The notes: generated by a model not told the origin, from the letters alone. A stretch of DNA of 64,000 bases from an uncultured Candidatus Bathyarchaeia archaeon (GCA_964418675.1 CAYQMM010000004.1:88572-152571); one strand, 5' to 3'; shown: positions 1 to 9,387, counted from the first letter of the stretch. Numbers and translations: made by a program.

Positions 1-436
1 AGAAGGCTGCTACTGTCTTCCCAACACCGCCCTGAAGAATGCCTTGACTGGGTTAACGAAATCCTACGAGTACGTGCTCATCGATTCTCCGGGAGGACTG
101 GAACACCTGAACAGGCGGATAGCCTCTCAGGTAGACGACATATTCGACATAATAGACCCATCCCAGAAATCCTTCCATCACGTAGAAAGAGCCTACCGAG
201 TCGCCAAGGAAGTTAAAATAGAATTCAACAACTTCTACGTGGTCGGAGGCAACAGGGTTCCAGAAGAATGGGAGGCAGAAGTTGAAAAAAGAACAAAACT
301 GGAATACCTGGGAAAAATCAGCTACGACAAAGAAGTAGAAAACTACGTCCTCTACGGCAAACCTCTGCTCGATCTACCTGAATCCTCTCTCGCCTACAAC
401 TCAGTGAAGAAAATACTCCAGAAAGCGGGATACTAG
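1..436 (+). CDS. cooC: CooC-type nickel-insertion ATPase (CODH/ACS maturation), 5'-truncated by the window edge
   Basis: Frame is open from base 2 and reads EGCYCLPN (CooC CxC motif), then VLIDSPGGLEHLNR (switch-II-like DxxxGxEH). Confidence 0.85.
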   Translation, partial: EGCYCLPNTALKNALTGLTKSYEYVLIDSPGGLEHLNRRIASQVDDIFDIIDPSQKSFHHVERAYRVAKEVKIEFNNFYVVGGNRVPEEWEAEVEKRTKLEYLGKISYDKEVENYVLYGKPLLDLPESSLAYNSVKKILQKAGY

Positions 437-478
437 TAGGAACCTAATAACAGCGTATTGTTGAAAACAGGCTTTTTC
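434..478 (-). repeat. Dispersed intergenic repeat, copy A
   Basis: Reverse complement gaaaaagcctgttttcaacaatacgctgttattaggttcctacta matches copy B at 42/45 positions; lies between convergent cooC and pfkA. Confidence 0.9.
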
Positions 479-500
479 GTAACTTCCTTCTCTTTCAGTT

Positions 501-1463
501 TTATATTGCGAGTGTCTGTGCGAGTTGTAGAAGGCTCAGGTCCAATGGTTTTTCTGTTTTGCATGATTTCTCAAGTTCGAGGCTGGTTATTCTCCCTTCC
601 TGTAAACCAACCATCCTCTTTCCCTGTTCATTTAGCAGCAGTTCAACGGCTCTGTTCCCAAACAAATTAGCTAGGAGCCTGCTTCTGGCTGTGGGATTGC
701 CGCCTCTCTGGGCGTAACCTGTAACGCTTAGCCTAACCTCAATTCCCGTTTCTTTTTCGATTTCTTTCATGAGTTTATGGGTGTCTCCAATTCCCTCTGC
801 TGCAACGATTATGCCCGACTTCTTTCCTTTTGCACTGCTCTCCTCCAGCGTCCTAACGATACTCTCCAATGTATATTCCACTTCCGGAACCAAAATTGTC
901 TCAGCCCCAACAGTTAGCCCAATCGTCAAGGCTAGAAAGCCTCTTTTCCGTCCCATAACCTCAACTATGAAGACCCTATCGTGAGAGTTGGCTGTATCCC
1001 GAATTTTATCAATCTCCGTGACCGCCGTGTTCACGGCTGTGTCAAAGCCTACAGTCTCCTCCGTTCCAAAAACGTCATTATCAATTGTCGCTGGAATCCC
1101 CACAATCTGGGCATCAGTCTCCATGCTTAACTCCAAGGCTCCTCTTAATGAGCCGTCACCACCAACAACAACGAGTCCTTCAACCTTGTTCAGAGCAAGA
1201 GTTTCCGCAGCTTTCCGCACACTCTCCCTTTTTTTGAATTCTGGGCTTCTCGATGTGCGGAGAATCGTGCCGCCCAAATGAAGTATTCCACCAACACTTC
1301 GGGGAGTCAGCCTTCTGAAGGTGTTAGTCAGCAAGCCTTCCCATCCCCTCTCGAACCCTAACGTCTGCAGACCTTTTGAGTAAGCGACCCTGACAACTGC
1401 CCGGATGGCAGCATTCATGCCCGGGGCGTCTCCGCCGCTCGTCACCAATCCTATCTTCTTCAT
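501..1463 (-). CDS. pfkA: ATP-dependent 6-phosphofructokinase, bacterial PfkA type
   Basis: TSGGDAPGMNAAIRAV, GGTILRTSR, GGDGS, TIDND, VEVMGR, GYAQRGG motifs. Confidence 0.95.
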   Translation of the reverse strand: MKKIGLVTSGGDAPGMNAAIRAVVRVAYSKGLQTLGFERGWEGLLTNTFRRLTPRSVGGILHLGGTILRTSRSPEFKKRESVRKAAETLALNKVEGLVVVGGDGSLRGALELSMETDAQIVGIPATIDNDVFGTEETVGFDTAVNTAVTEIDKIRDTANSHDRVFIVEVMGRKRGFLALTIGLTVGAETILVPEVEYTLESIVRTLEESSAKGKKSGIIVAAEGIGDTHKLMKEIEKETGIEVRLSVTGYAQRGGNPTARSRLLANLFGNRAVELLLNEQGKRMVGLQEGRITSLELEKSCKTEKPLDLSLLQLAQTLAI

Positions 1464-1607
1464 CGTCCATTCTCCAATCAGTAAACTTAGAGAATGTTAC
1501 TCTAAACAAAATAATAAACTTGTTCAATGCCTTCAAGAGTAGCGTTTACAATTAAGTTTAAAAGTCGCTTTCGGGACATTACTGCAATGAAATTGGAGGA
1601 ATAACAT

Positions 1608-2222
1608 TTGAGTGACGCAGCTCAAGGTCAATATTGGATTCCAGGAGCCACCACCATCGGCTTAGTTTACTCTGACGGCGTAATCTTAGCCTCAGAAAAA
1701 CGGGTATCCTACGGCACCATGATAATGAGCAGAACAGGAAAAAAAGTCTTCAAGATTGCGGATAGAATCGGTGCAGCATGCGCAGGCTTGGTCTCCGACA
1801 TGCAGATTCTGGTGCGAGAAGTGGAAGCCTACGCAAAACTGTTTAAATTCGACACAAAGAGACAGATGCCCGTGAACTCAGCCGCAAAAGTCATGTCAAA
1901 CGTCCTCTTCGGCAGGCGCCTGCTTCCTTTGATTACCCAAACCATCGTGGGCGGAATGGATGATGACGGACCCTCAATTTACGTGCTTGATGTTCTTGGG
2001 TCTGTTTTACCCGACAAGTATGCTGCTGTAGGCTCAGGAGCCCAGATTGCCACGGGGGTCCTAGAGGAGGGATACAAAGACAACATGTCCCAGAAGGACG
2101 CGAAAGCGCTGGTGTTGCGAGCAATAAAATCGGCTGTGAGCCGTGATGTCATGAGCGGCGACGGCGTAGACTTCTTCACAATCACAAAGGAAGGAATTCA
2201 GGAAGAATCCAGTAACTTCTAA
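1608..2222 (+). CDS. psmB: Proteasome beta subunit, probably the non-catalytic paralogue
   Basis: Short propeptide then GATTIG, plus ASEKRVS, AGLVSD and GSGAQIA; Ala occupies the Thr1 position. Confidence 0.9.
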   Translation: MSDAAQGQYWIPGATTIGLVYSDGVILASEKRVSYGTMIMSRTGKKVFKIADRIGAACAGLVSDMQILVREVEAYAKLFKFDTKRQMPVNSAAKVMSNVLFGRRLLPLITQTIVGGMDDDGPSIYVLDVLGSVLPDKYAAVGSGAQIATGVLEEGYKDNMSQKDAKALVLRAIKSAVSRDVMSGDGVDFFTITKEGIQEESSNF

Positions 2223-2322
2223 TTGTGCAGAAGATTAGCCCAAGGCTTAGTAGATTTTATGAGGATAGTTTAGAAACTTTAATACCGTCAGGAATGAATT
2301 GTTTCCTGAGGGGCGAAACAAC

Positions 2323-2940
2323 ATGTCATTCCAGCTGACTATCGAAGATGGCAAGTTTCTCGTCAATCTAGCAAGAAAAGCTGTAACCGAATACCTAGAA
2401 AACGGGAAGGTCTTGCAGGTTCCCGAGGGCGTTTCATCCAAGCTTATGGAAAAATGCGGAGTCTTCGTCACATTAAACAGCGTCCACAGAGGAGAGAAGG
2501 CGTTGAGAGGCTGCATTGGGCTACCCTATCCCACCACTCCCCTAACCAAGGCAGTGATAGAGGCTGCCCTCAGCGCTGCAACGCAAGACCCTCGTTTCCC
2601 TCCAGTCGCCCTCAAAGAACTTGACAACATAGTCTTTGAAGTGAGCGTCCTAACTCCCCCTGAACGTGTCGAAGTAGAGAAACCCATGGAGTATCCCTCA
2701 AAAATCAAAGTTGGGCGAGATGGTCTCATAGTTGAGAAGAGCTACTGCAAGGGTCTGCTTCTACCCCAAGTCCCAGTTGAGCTCCAGTGGGGAGAGGAAG
2801 AGTTTCTCTGCCAATGCTCCATGAAGGGCGGCTTACCACCAGATTCTTGGCTACTAAAGGACATAAAAATTTACAGGTTCCAAGCGATAATTTTTGAAGA
2901 AGTCTCACCCAAAGGGGAAATCAAACTGAAAAAAATTTGA
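2323..2940 (+). CDS. AMMECR1-domain protein
   Basis: GVFVTL, LRGCIG, DPRFPP, EVSVLT, GLLLPQV motifs; start moved to ATG of MSFQL. Confidence 0.9.
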   Translation: MSFQLTIEDGKFLVNLARKAVTEYLENGKVLQVPEGVSSKLMEKCGVFVTLNSVHRGEKALRGCIGLPYPTTPLTKAVIEAALSAATQDPRFPPVALKELDNIVFEVSVLTPPERVEVEKPMEYPSKIKVGRDGLIVEKSYCKGLLLPQVPVELQWGEEEFLCQCSMKGGLPPDSWLLKDIKIYRFQAIIFEEVSPKGEIKLKKI

Positions 2941-2953
2941 GGAACAACGGCTT

Positions 2954-4126
2954 ATGCGAGTTCTATTCTGTCCTTCTGGCGTGGGTTTGGGGCATGTTGG
3001 TCGTTGTATCCCCATAGCTCGGCGGCTTGAAAGAGACGGAGCCGAAGTACTCTTCTCAACTTACCGAGAGGGCATCAAGTATGTTCAGCATGAAGGCTTT
3101 CAGGTAGTGGAAGCTCCATCCATTGGCGTCGCGGTTAAACCCGACGGAACCATCGACTTCAGGCAAACCACAGTAAAGCCCGGACCTTTCATGGCTGTCT
3201 TCACTTCCTGGCAGCAGGTTGATGCTGAAACCAAATTTATGAAGGCTTTTGAACCCGATGTGGTCGTTTCGGATTCGCGGGCTTCTTCTCTCTTGGCTGC
3301 AAAACTGCTTGGAATACCTAAAATCTGCATTCTAAACCAATTTCAGGTAATAATTCCGCGGCATACAAGGTTTCTGAGGCTCGCCAGACTGGCAGACGCC
3401 TTCACATTGACGGTTATCGGAAAAATATGGACAAGCGCCCTCCAAGCGCTGATTCCAGATTTCCCTCCACCCTACACGATTTCGACCAGAAATCTGCATA
3501 TTCCAAGGGCTTACCATAAAAAGATTAAATTTATTGGTCCCATTCTGCCTGTGCGTCCAGACGACCTGTCCGACAAAAAGGAACTTCGGAAGAAACTAGG
3601 TTTGGCTGAGGATAAGCCTCTGATTTTTGCGCCCATCAGTGGACCCGCGAAGGAGCGTGCCTATTTCACGGGCATCCTTCGGCAAATCTTCCGTAAATTC
3701 CCTGATGACATTCAGGTAGTTATGTCCCTTGGCTATCCTGAGGCTTCGGCAGAGCCTGTTAAGGATGGAAACTTGATTATTCACGGATGGATTCCTAACC
3801 GTTTTGAATATCTTAAAGCCTCTGATGTTGTTGTCTCTAGGGTTGGTCATGGAACGGTTTCCCAGTCTGTTTGCTATGGCAAGCCGCAGATTCTTGTTCC
3901 CACACCAAGTCACACAGAACAGCTTAACAATGCTAAGAAGGCTGTTGAATTAGGCGTAGCGGAGATTGTTCAACAGGAAGACCTAAGCAAGGATGTTCTG
4001 CTGGCGGCTGTCAAAAAAATTCTGGAGAACAGCAAATTTCAGGAGAGAACAGAACAAATCCAGAAGGAAGTCCTGAAATGGGATGGCTTGGAAACCGCCG
4101 CCAAAATAATTGTTGATGCGGCATAA
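2954..4126 (+). CDS. GT-B glycosyltransferase (MurG/GT28-like)
   Basis: N-terminal GVGLGHVGR and C-terminal SRVGHGT...EQLNNA motifs. Confidence 0.8.
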   Translation: MRVLFCPSGVGLGHVGRCIPIARRLERDGAEVLFSTYREGIKYVQHEGFQVVEAPSIGVAVKPDGTIDFRQTTVKPGPFMAVFTSWQQVDAETKFMKAFEPDVVVSDSRASSLLAAKLLGIPKICILNQFQVIIPRHTRFLRLARLADAFTLTVIGKIWTSALQALIPDFPPPYTISTRNLHIPRAYHKKIKFIGPILPVRPDDLSDKKELRKKLGLAEDKPLIFAPISGPAKERAYFTGILRQIFRKFPDDIQVVMSLGYPEASAEPVKDGNLIIHGWIPNRFEYLKASDVVVSRVGHGTVSQSVCYGKPQILVPTPSHTEQLNNAKKAVELGVAEIVQQEDLSKDVLLAAVKKILENSKFQERTEQIQKEVLKWDGLETAAKIIVDAA

Positions 4127-4129
4127 AGG

Positions 4130-4822
4130 TCATTTACTGGGGCTTATCTCCAGCATTTTGAAGCCTCGAGCACAAGGATTAAGTGTCTCCAACATCTGGG
4201 CTTCCTCTAGAAGTTTGCTACTGCACTCAGCATATCCAACAACCTCTTTTTCTGCAGGCATTAAAGACAACAACTCAATGCCGTCTTCCACGAATTTCGG
4301 TTGACACTTAACTGGAAGCCCAAGCTTCAACTTGATATTCTCCTTGACAGCCTTCTCTGCAGTGTAGCGAATGGCGTGGGCGCCCGAAGTTAGTTCAGCT
4401 ATCCTAACGGGAACGCTCTCTTTTCCAAAGGCAAAAACTTCTATGCCATATGTCCGGATGATGGCTGAAGCGATTTTCCTTAATTTCGGCAGAATCTTCA
4501 GAATCTGCCCCCGCGCCTTGCGGGATTTTCTCATGGTGGAGATTCCTACCGCAGAGAAGTTCTCGAGGTTAATGCCTCCTAAAGACATGTCCAGATGTAC
4601 TGCATCAGCCTTCACGTTCTTCAAAAGTTGCTGGCAGAGTTCTAGTTCATGAACTATCAGATGATATCCATCATCCGCTTTGGCGAAGATGGGTTCAGCT
4701 AAGATAGAGCTTGCCTTTCTGTAGGGAGGCTCTGCCAGAATAGCTACTGCCGCCACCACAGACACTGGTTCGAAACGGTCATTTAAAATTGCGGCTCCAG
4801 AGTCCGCAGCAACTATCCTCAA
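4130..4822 (-). CDS. DUF4152-like archaeal protein
   Basis: RIVAADSGAAILN...EPPY and VHLDMSLGG resemble the archaeal DUF4152 family; TTG start proposed at 4822. Confidence 0.6.
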   Translation of the reverse strand: MRIVAADSGAAILNDRFEPVSVVAAVAILAEPPYRKASSILAEPIFAKADDGYHLIVHELELCQQLLKNVKADAVHLDMSLGGINLENFSAVGISTMRKSRKARGQILKILPKLRKIASAIIRTYGIEVFAFGKESVPVRIAELTSGAHAIRYTAEKAVKENIKLKLGLPVKCQPKFVEDGIELLSLMPAEKEVVGYAECSSKLLEEAQMLETLNPCARGFKMLEISPSK

Positions 4823-5017
4823 ACTGTCCCCTCCAAAGGTTAAGTATTTGCGAGAACGCTCCTCCCTACCCACAGGAGTTTCTCGACATGTATTATTTCG
4901 AACAGGATGGATTTATTTTTAACTGGATTGCCTGTTTTGGTTGGTCTTCGTTTTAGATGGCTACGGCAACCGTAAATTCAGCAAGTTGAAAACCAGAATC
5001 CGGAGACGCCAGCCACA

Positions 5018-5632
5018 TTATGTTTTTTGTCTGAGGTTCATTCCAAGAACGTAGAGTTCCGCGCTCTTTGCTCTGCTAGCCTTTGGCTTAACCAACTTCA
5101 CAAAGCTGAAACACTGTTTTGCCTCGTCAACAAAATCATTTAGCATACTTCCCTGAAAGACCTTAACAAAAAAGTTTCCTCCAACCCTAAGAATCGAAGT
5201 TGCTATCCGCAGAGACTGCCTTGCCAAATCAATTTGGCGAGCGTGATCCAGCCCCCAGATTCCAGAGATGTTAGGCGAGACGTCTGCGATAACAGCGTCA
5301 GCTGAACGGGGCAAAAACTCTAAGATGTCTTTGACTGTTTGTAGTTCAGTAACATCGCCGACGATGGCGCGAACGTTGGCTGAGTTAAAAGGTTCTATTC
5401 GTTTTAGGTCAACTGCCAACACGAAACCTGCGGAACCCACAAGCCTTCTGGAAGCCTGCGTCCACCCTCCGGGAGCAGCCCCCAAATCCACCACCACTTG
5501 ACCAGTCTTGATGAACTTGTATTTCTTTACTGCTTGAAGAAGTTTGTAGGCTGCTCGTGAACGAAGTTTCTCCTCTTTCGCCTTCCGATAATAATGTTCT
5601 CTTTTTCGTTCCCTGACCCATGCTTTAGGCAA
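5018..5632 (-). CDS. rlmE: 23S rRNA 2'-O-methyltransferase RlmE/FtsJ
   Basis: RSRAAYKL, VVDLGAAPGGWTQ, KVFQG, KPKASRAKSAELY. Confidence 0.95.
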   Translation of the reverse strand: MPKAWVRERKREHYYRKAKEEKLRSRAAYKLLQAVKKYKFIKTGQVVVDLGAAPGGWTQASRRLVGSAGFVLAVDLKRIEPFNSANVRAIVGDVTELQTVKDILEFLPRSADAVIADVSPNISGIWGLDHARQIDLARQSLRIATSILRVGGNFFVKVFQGSMLNDFVDEAKQCFSFVKLVKPKASRAKSAELYVLGMNLRQKT

Positions 5633-5634
5633 AA

Positions 5635-6012
5635 CTAGATTTCACCGGAAGATTCCGTTTCCCCTTTTGAAAGATTTAAAATCCACTGGGTCATTTTCTG
5701 GCATTCGTTAGGAGAAATGGCACTCCAGACTCCGCATCTCGCATCGTTCGAACACATCAGACAGGGGGAGTTAATGATGGAATTGAGAGATGCGGGTTTT
5801 CTTTTGGGATAAAGGCGGTACGTCCATCTTCCCTCAGAGAGTTCCTTCTCACGGCGGATCAAACCCTTGGTCTCCAGTTTTAAGGCTATTCTGCTGCCCT
5901 CTCTGCTGGTGGCGTCCAGTTTTCGCCACAGTTCGGACTGGAGTACGCCGTCGTGTCCATTGTTTACAATAACATGTAATGCTTTGTGTTCTAGTTCGTT
6001 GCGTCTCGGCAT
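5635..6012 (-). CDS. TFE-beta (RPC34/C39 orthologue): winged helix plus Fe-S cluster domain
   Basis: wHTH GVLQSELWRKL...SRIALKLE.KGLIRR...GRWTYRL followed by PCLMC-x5-C-x10-C..W. Confidence 0.75.
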   Translation of the reverse strand: MPRRNELEHKALHVIVNNGHDGVLQSELWRKLDATSREGSRIALKLETKGLIRREKELSEGRWTYRLYPKRKPASLNSIINSPCLMCSNDARCGVWSAISPNECQKMTQWILNLSKGETESSGEI

Positions 6013-6220
6013 TTACATCTGTCCTTTGCGTCTTCATAATATATAGCGCCTTTAAAGCATAAAAAGATGTATGGTATTCTCCTCCTTTATGCATTTGTGG
6101 AAAAGGTCTTTCTTGACCGATTACGAAACGTTTTAACACTCCGAAATCACATTTAACATCAAAAAATCCGATGGTATGCCATTATCTAATGGTGTAGCTT
6201 GTTGCTAGGAGCCAAAGAAG

Positions 6221-7246
6221 TTGCCTGTAAACGATTCAGTTGACTCTTACTGTCTAGGCATCGAATCCACGGCAGATGATTTCGGCGCTGCAATCCTCTC
6301 CTTCGAAGGCAAGGTTCTTTCCAACGCGAATGACTCCTACCTGCCGAAGAAAGGAGGAATCCATCCGCGGGAGGCAGCTAGACATCACGCTGAGGCAGCA
6401 GAAAAAGTCCTCGCAGAAGCCTTTGAGAAAGCGGAAATAAAGCCCCGAGACGTTAATCTGGTTGCTTTTTCTCAGGGACCCGGCTTAGGTCCGTGCCTCC
6501 GCACAGGCGCAACCGCAGCCCGTGCCTTAGCTTCTTATCTCGGAGTTCCCTTGGTGGGAGTCAACCACTGTGTGGCGCATATTGAAATCGGCAAGTTGGC
6601 AACCCGGGCAAGAGACCCTGTTACCCTCTACGTTTCGGGAGGAAACACAATTGTTTCTGCTTTCGAAGCCGGTAGATACAGGGTTTTTGGGGAGACCCTA
6701 GATATTGCTGTGGGGAATTGTCTGGATGTTTTTGCCCGAGAAGTGGGGCTGAGGCAGAGACAGGGAGCGCCTTTCGGTGCCATAGTTGAGGAGTTGGCGG
6801 GTAACGGCAAGAGCTTCGTTTCTCTTCCCTACACCGTGAAGGGTATGGACTTGTCTTTCAGTGGGCTTCTCACAGCGGCTGTGCAAGCATTTCGTGAAAA
6901 GAAGTTTGCTTTGGAGGATGTTTGTTTCAGTCTTCAGGAGGTTGCTTTTTCCATGCTGACCGAGGTGACGGAAAGGGCTTTGGCTCACACGGAGAAGCCT
7001 GAGGTTCTCTTAACCGGGGGAGTGGCGGCTAACAGGAAGTTGCAGTCGATGCTTAGAGTGATAGCTGAGGAGCATGATTCCCGCTTCTGTGTTGTTCCCC
7101 GGCGGCTTGCGGCAGACAACGGGGCTATGATTGCTTGGACTGGCATTCTTGCTTTCAAGAGTGGGTTGTCTACGCCTATTGAGAAAAGTTTCGTTAATGT
7201 GAAGTGGCGTCTTGAAGACGTTTATGCGCCTTGGGTAGAGGGATGA
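6221..7246 (+). CDS. kae1: KEOPS subunit Kae1 (t6A synthase)
   Basis: LGIESTADD, GGIHPREAARHH, GPGLGPCL, VNHCVAHIE, DNGAMIA. Confidence 0.97.
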   Translation: MPVNDSVDSYCLGIESTADDFGAAILSFEGKVLSNANDSYLPKKGGIHPREAARHHAEAAEKVLAEAFEKAEIKPRDVNLVAFSQGPGLGPCLRTGATAARALASYLGVPLVGVNHCVAHIEIGKLATRARDPVTLYVSGGNTIVSAFEAGRYRVFGETLDIAVGNCLDVFAREVGLRQRQGAPFGAIVEELAGNGKSFVSLPYTVKGMDLSFSGLLTAAVQAFREKKFALEDVCFSLQEVAFSMLTEVTERALAHTEKPEVLLTGGVAANRKLQSMLRVIAEEHDSRFCVVPRRLAADNGAMIAWTGILAFKSGLSTPIEKSFVNVKWRLEDVYAPWVEG

Positions 7247-7249
7247 ACC

Positions 7250-7882
7250 GTGCTCATAAAGAAGGGTGCCGAAGCCAGCTTATTCTTGGAGGAGTGGCAT
7301 AACCGCAAGGTCATAATGAAGCGGCGATTGCCCAAAAGGTATCGTCTCCCAGAACTTGACATGGAGATTCGTTCTCAACGGACAGTGCATGAGCCCCACA
7401 TCATCCACAAAGCCAAGGAGGCGGGGGTTCCTACGCCCACAATTTTCATGGTTGACGTGGCAGACGCCAACATCATAATGGAGTTTGTGGAGGGAAAACA
7501 GGTTAAAGAGATTTTAGACCACGTTTCTCCGGAAGAGAGGCTGAGGCTGAGTGATCATGTTGGCAGAATGATTGGGCGCCTCCACAAGCACGGAATCATC
7601 CACGGCGACCTCACAACATCAAATATGATTCTGACGCCCTACGGCAAAGTTGTCTTCGTTGACTTCGGATTAAGTGAAAGGTCCAAGGAGCTGGAATCAA
7701 AGGGTGTTGACCTTCATCTCATGAAGCGGGCTCTCCAGAGCACCCACTACAAGCATGCAAAGGAGTGTTTTGAAGCTGTCATGAAGGGATACGGTGAAGT
7801 AGTGGGAAAAGAAGAGGCGAAAAAGGTTACTGCTAAGATTCGGGAGATAGAGAAGAGAGGACGCTATGTTTCAGAGAGATGA
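7250..7882 (+). CDS. bud32: KEOPS kinase Bud32
   Basis: KKGAEA, IHGDLTTSN, VDFGL. Confidence 0.95.
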   Translation: MLIKKGAEASLFLEEWHNRKVIMKRRLPKRYRLPELDMEIRSQRTVHEPHIIHKAKEAGVPTPTIFMVDVADANIIMEFVEGKQVKEILDHVSPEERLRLSDHVGRMIGRLHKHGIIHGDLTTSNMILTPYGKVVFVDFGLSERSKELESKGVDLHLMKRALQSTHYKHAKECFEAVMKGYGEVVGKEEAKKVTAKIREIEKRGRYVSER

Positions 7883-7947
7883 TGAGCTTACACTAAAAAG
7901 AAGTCTAAATATATTGATGACCTTATGTTAAGATTTGATGAGGTGGT

Positions 7948-8235
7948 TTGTTGAAGCTTCTGCTTGACGAGATGTACGCTGGCTTAAAAGAATACTTTGA
8001 GATTCTAGGATGGAAAGTTAAGACCGTTCAAGAGGCAGGGTTGCAAGGGGCAAAAGACAAGGATGTTGTGGAATACGCATTAAACAACAACCTGCTCCTC
8101 GTGACGCAAGACCAGAAACCAGCAGACATGGCACATCTCAAAGGCGCCAAATACGTGCTTATCTCCAACGCAATGATTGCCAAAATAGCCGACGAAAAAA
8201 TCAGAGAAAAATACCCACAGCTCAAACAGAAATAA
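7948..8235 (+). CDS. Small PIN-like domain protein (DUF5615/Mut7-C type)
   Basis: KLLLDEM...D.DVVEYA...LLVTQD acidic PIN pattern. Confidence 0.75.
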   Translation: MLKLLLDEMYAGLKEYFEILGWKVKTVQEAGLQGAKDKDVVEYALNNNLLLVTQDQKPADMAHLKGAKYVLISNAMIAKIADEKIREKYPQLKQK

Positions 8236-8279
8236 CATTAACACATGAAATTTACACCTATAACCGAGGGGACAGTAAC

Positions 8280-8897
8280 ATGAAAGCAAAAACTAAAGTT
8301 TCCACAAACTTTCTGAGAGGCAAAATCGCCATCTTCGTAACAACCAACATTCACAAGTTTCAGGAAGCCCGTCGCGTCCTCTCAGAATACAAGATTGCAA
8401 CCGCCAAGCTCAGGGTAGGAGCCATCGAGATTCAGGATGACAACCCCGAAAACATCGCCAAAGCCAGTGCCATAGACGCAGTGAAAAACTCTGGACTCCC
8501 CATTTTCGTTGAGGACGCAGGCATATTCATTGACGCTCTAAATGGTTTTCCCGGACCCTACTCCAGCTATGTTTACAAAACCGTGGGAACCAAAGGCATC
8601 CTCAAATTGATGGAAAATATTGAAAACCGAGATGCCTACTTCCAAGCCGTAATCGCCTTCAGCAGTCCAGAAGAAGAGCCCACATGCTTCACCGGCAAGG
8701 TGAAGGGAAAAATCTCGTTAAAGGAGCGGGGGACTTCAGGTTTCGGCTACGACCCCATATTTGCGCCATCAAAGGGCAACGGCAGAACCTTTGCGGAGAT
8801 GACTACAAAAGAAAAGAACAGGTATTCCCATCGGGCTGAGGCTCTGCGAAAGTTCGCCAAATGGTACGCTTCCGGTAATATCAAACGAAGATTTTAA
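8280..8897 (+). CDS. rdgB: XTP/dITP pyrophosphatase (RdgB/HAM1)
   Basis: TTNIHKFQE, VEDAG, GFPGPYS, GFGYDPIF, SHRAEA. Confidence 0.95.
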   Translation: MKAKTKVSTNFLRGKIAIFVTTNIHKFQEARRVLSEYKIATAKLRVGAIEIQDDNPENIAKASAIDAVKNSGLPIFVEDAGIFIDALNGFPGPYSSYVYKTVGTKGILKLMENIENRDAYFQAVIAFSSPEEEPTCFTGKVKGKISLKERGTSGFGYDPIFAPSKGNGRTFAEMTTKEKNRYSHRAEALRKFAKWYASGNIKRRF

Positions 8898-8931
8898 ATA
8901 CCCCGCCATTAAGGAGTTCGGAGGAGAAAAC

Positions 8932-9372
8932 ATGCCTAAGAAAGAAAAGGGAATATCCCATCAAACAAGACCAGTTACCAAGAGACCTCCAGCATGGTGC
9001 AGATATACAGCTGAGGAAGTGGAAGCCCTCGTCATGAAACTGGCTAAAGAGGGGCATCCTCCCAGCAAGATAGGAACAATTCTCCGCGACCAGCACGGTA
9101 TCCCTTTGGCGAAGCCCATCACAGGAAAATCCGTTACTCAAATTCTTAAAGAGAGAAACTTGGCTTCGTCTCTTCCAGAGGATTTAGAAAATCTTTTACG
9201 AAAGGCTACACGCCTTCATGTTCACTTTGACAAAAACAAGGCGGATTTACATAACAAGAGGGCTCTCCAGATTGTGGAGGCTAAAATCTACAAGCTCTCC
9301 AGATACTACAAACACAAAGGCGTGCTTCCTCCAGACTGGAAATACGAACCAAAAGCAATAGCTCTCTTCTAG
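8932..9372 (+). CDS. rps15: 30S ribosomal protein uS15
   Basis: PSKIGTILRDQHGIP, LPEDLENL, EAKIYKLSRYYK. Confidence 0.95.
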   Translation: MPKKEKGISHQTRPVTKRPPAWCRYTAEEVEALVMKLAKEGHPPSKIGTILRDQHGIPLAKPITGKSVTQILKERNLASSLPEDLENLLRKATRLHVHFDKNKADLHNKRALQIVEAKIYKLSRYYKHKGVLPPDWKYEPKAIALF

Positions 9373-9387
9373 TGCTGGGGTTCCCTT

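Noticed and set aside
4962-4974. TACGG-CAA-CCGTA mini-hairpin between rlmE and the DUF4152-like gene
   Set aside because: Too short (5 bp) to distinguish from chance; no supporting RNA motif.
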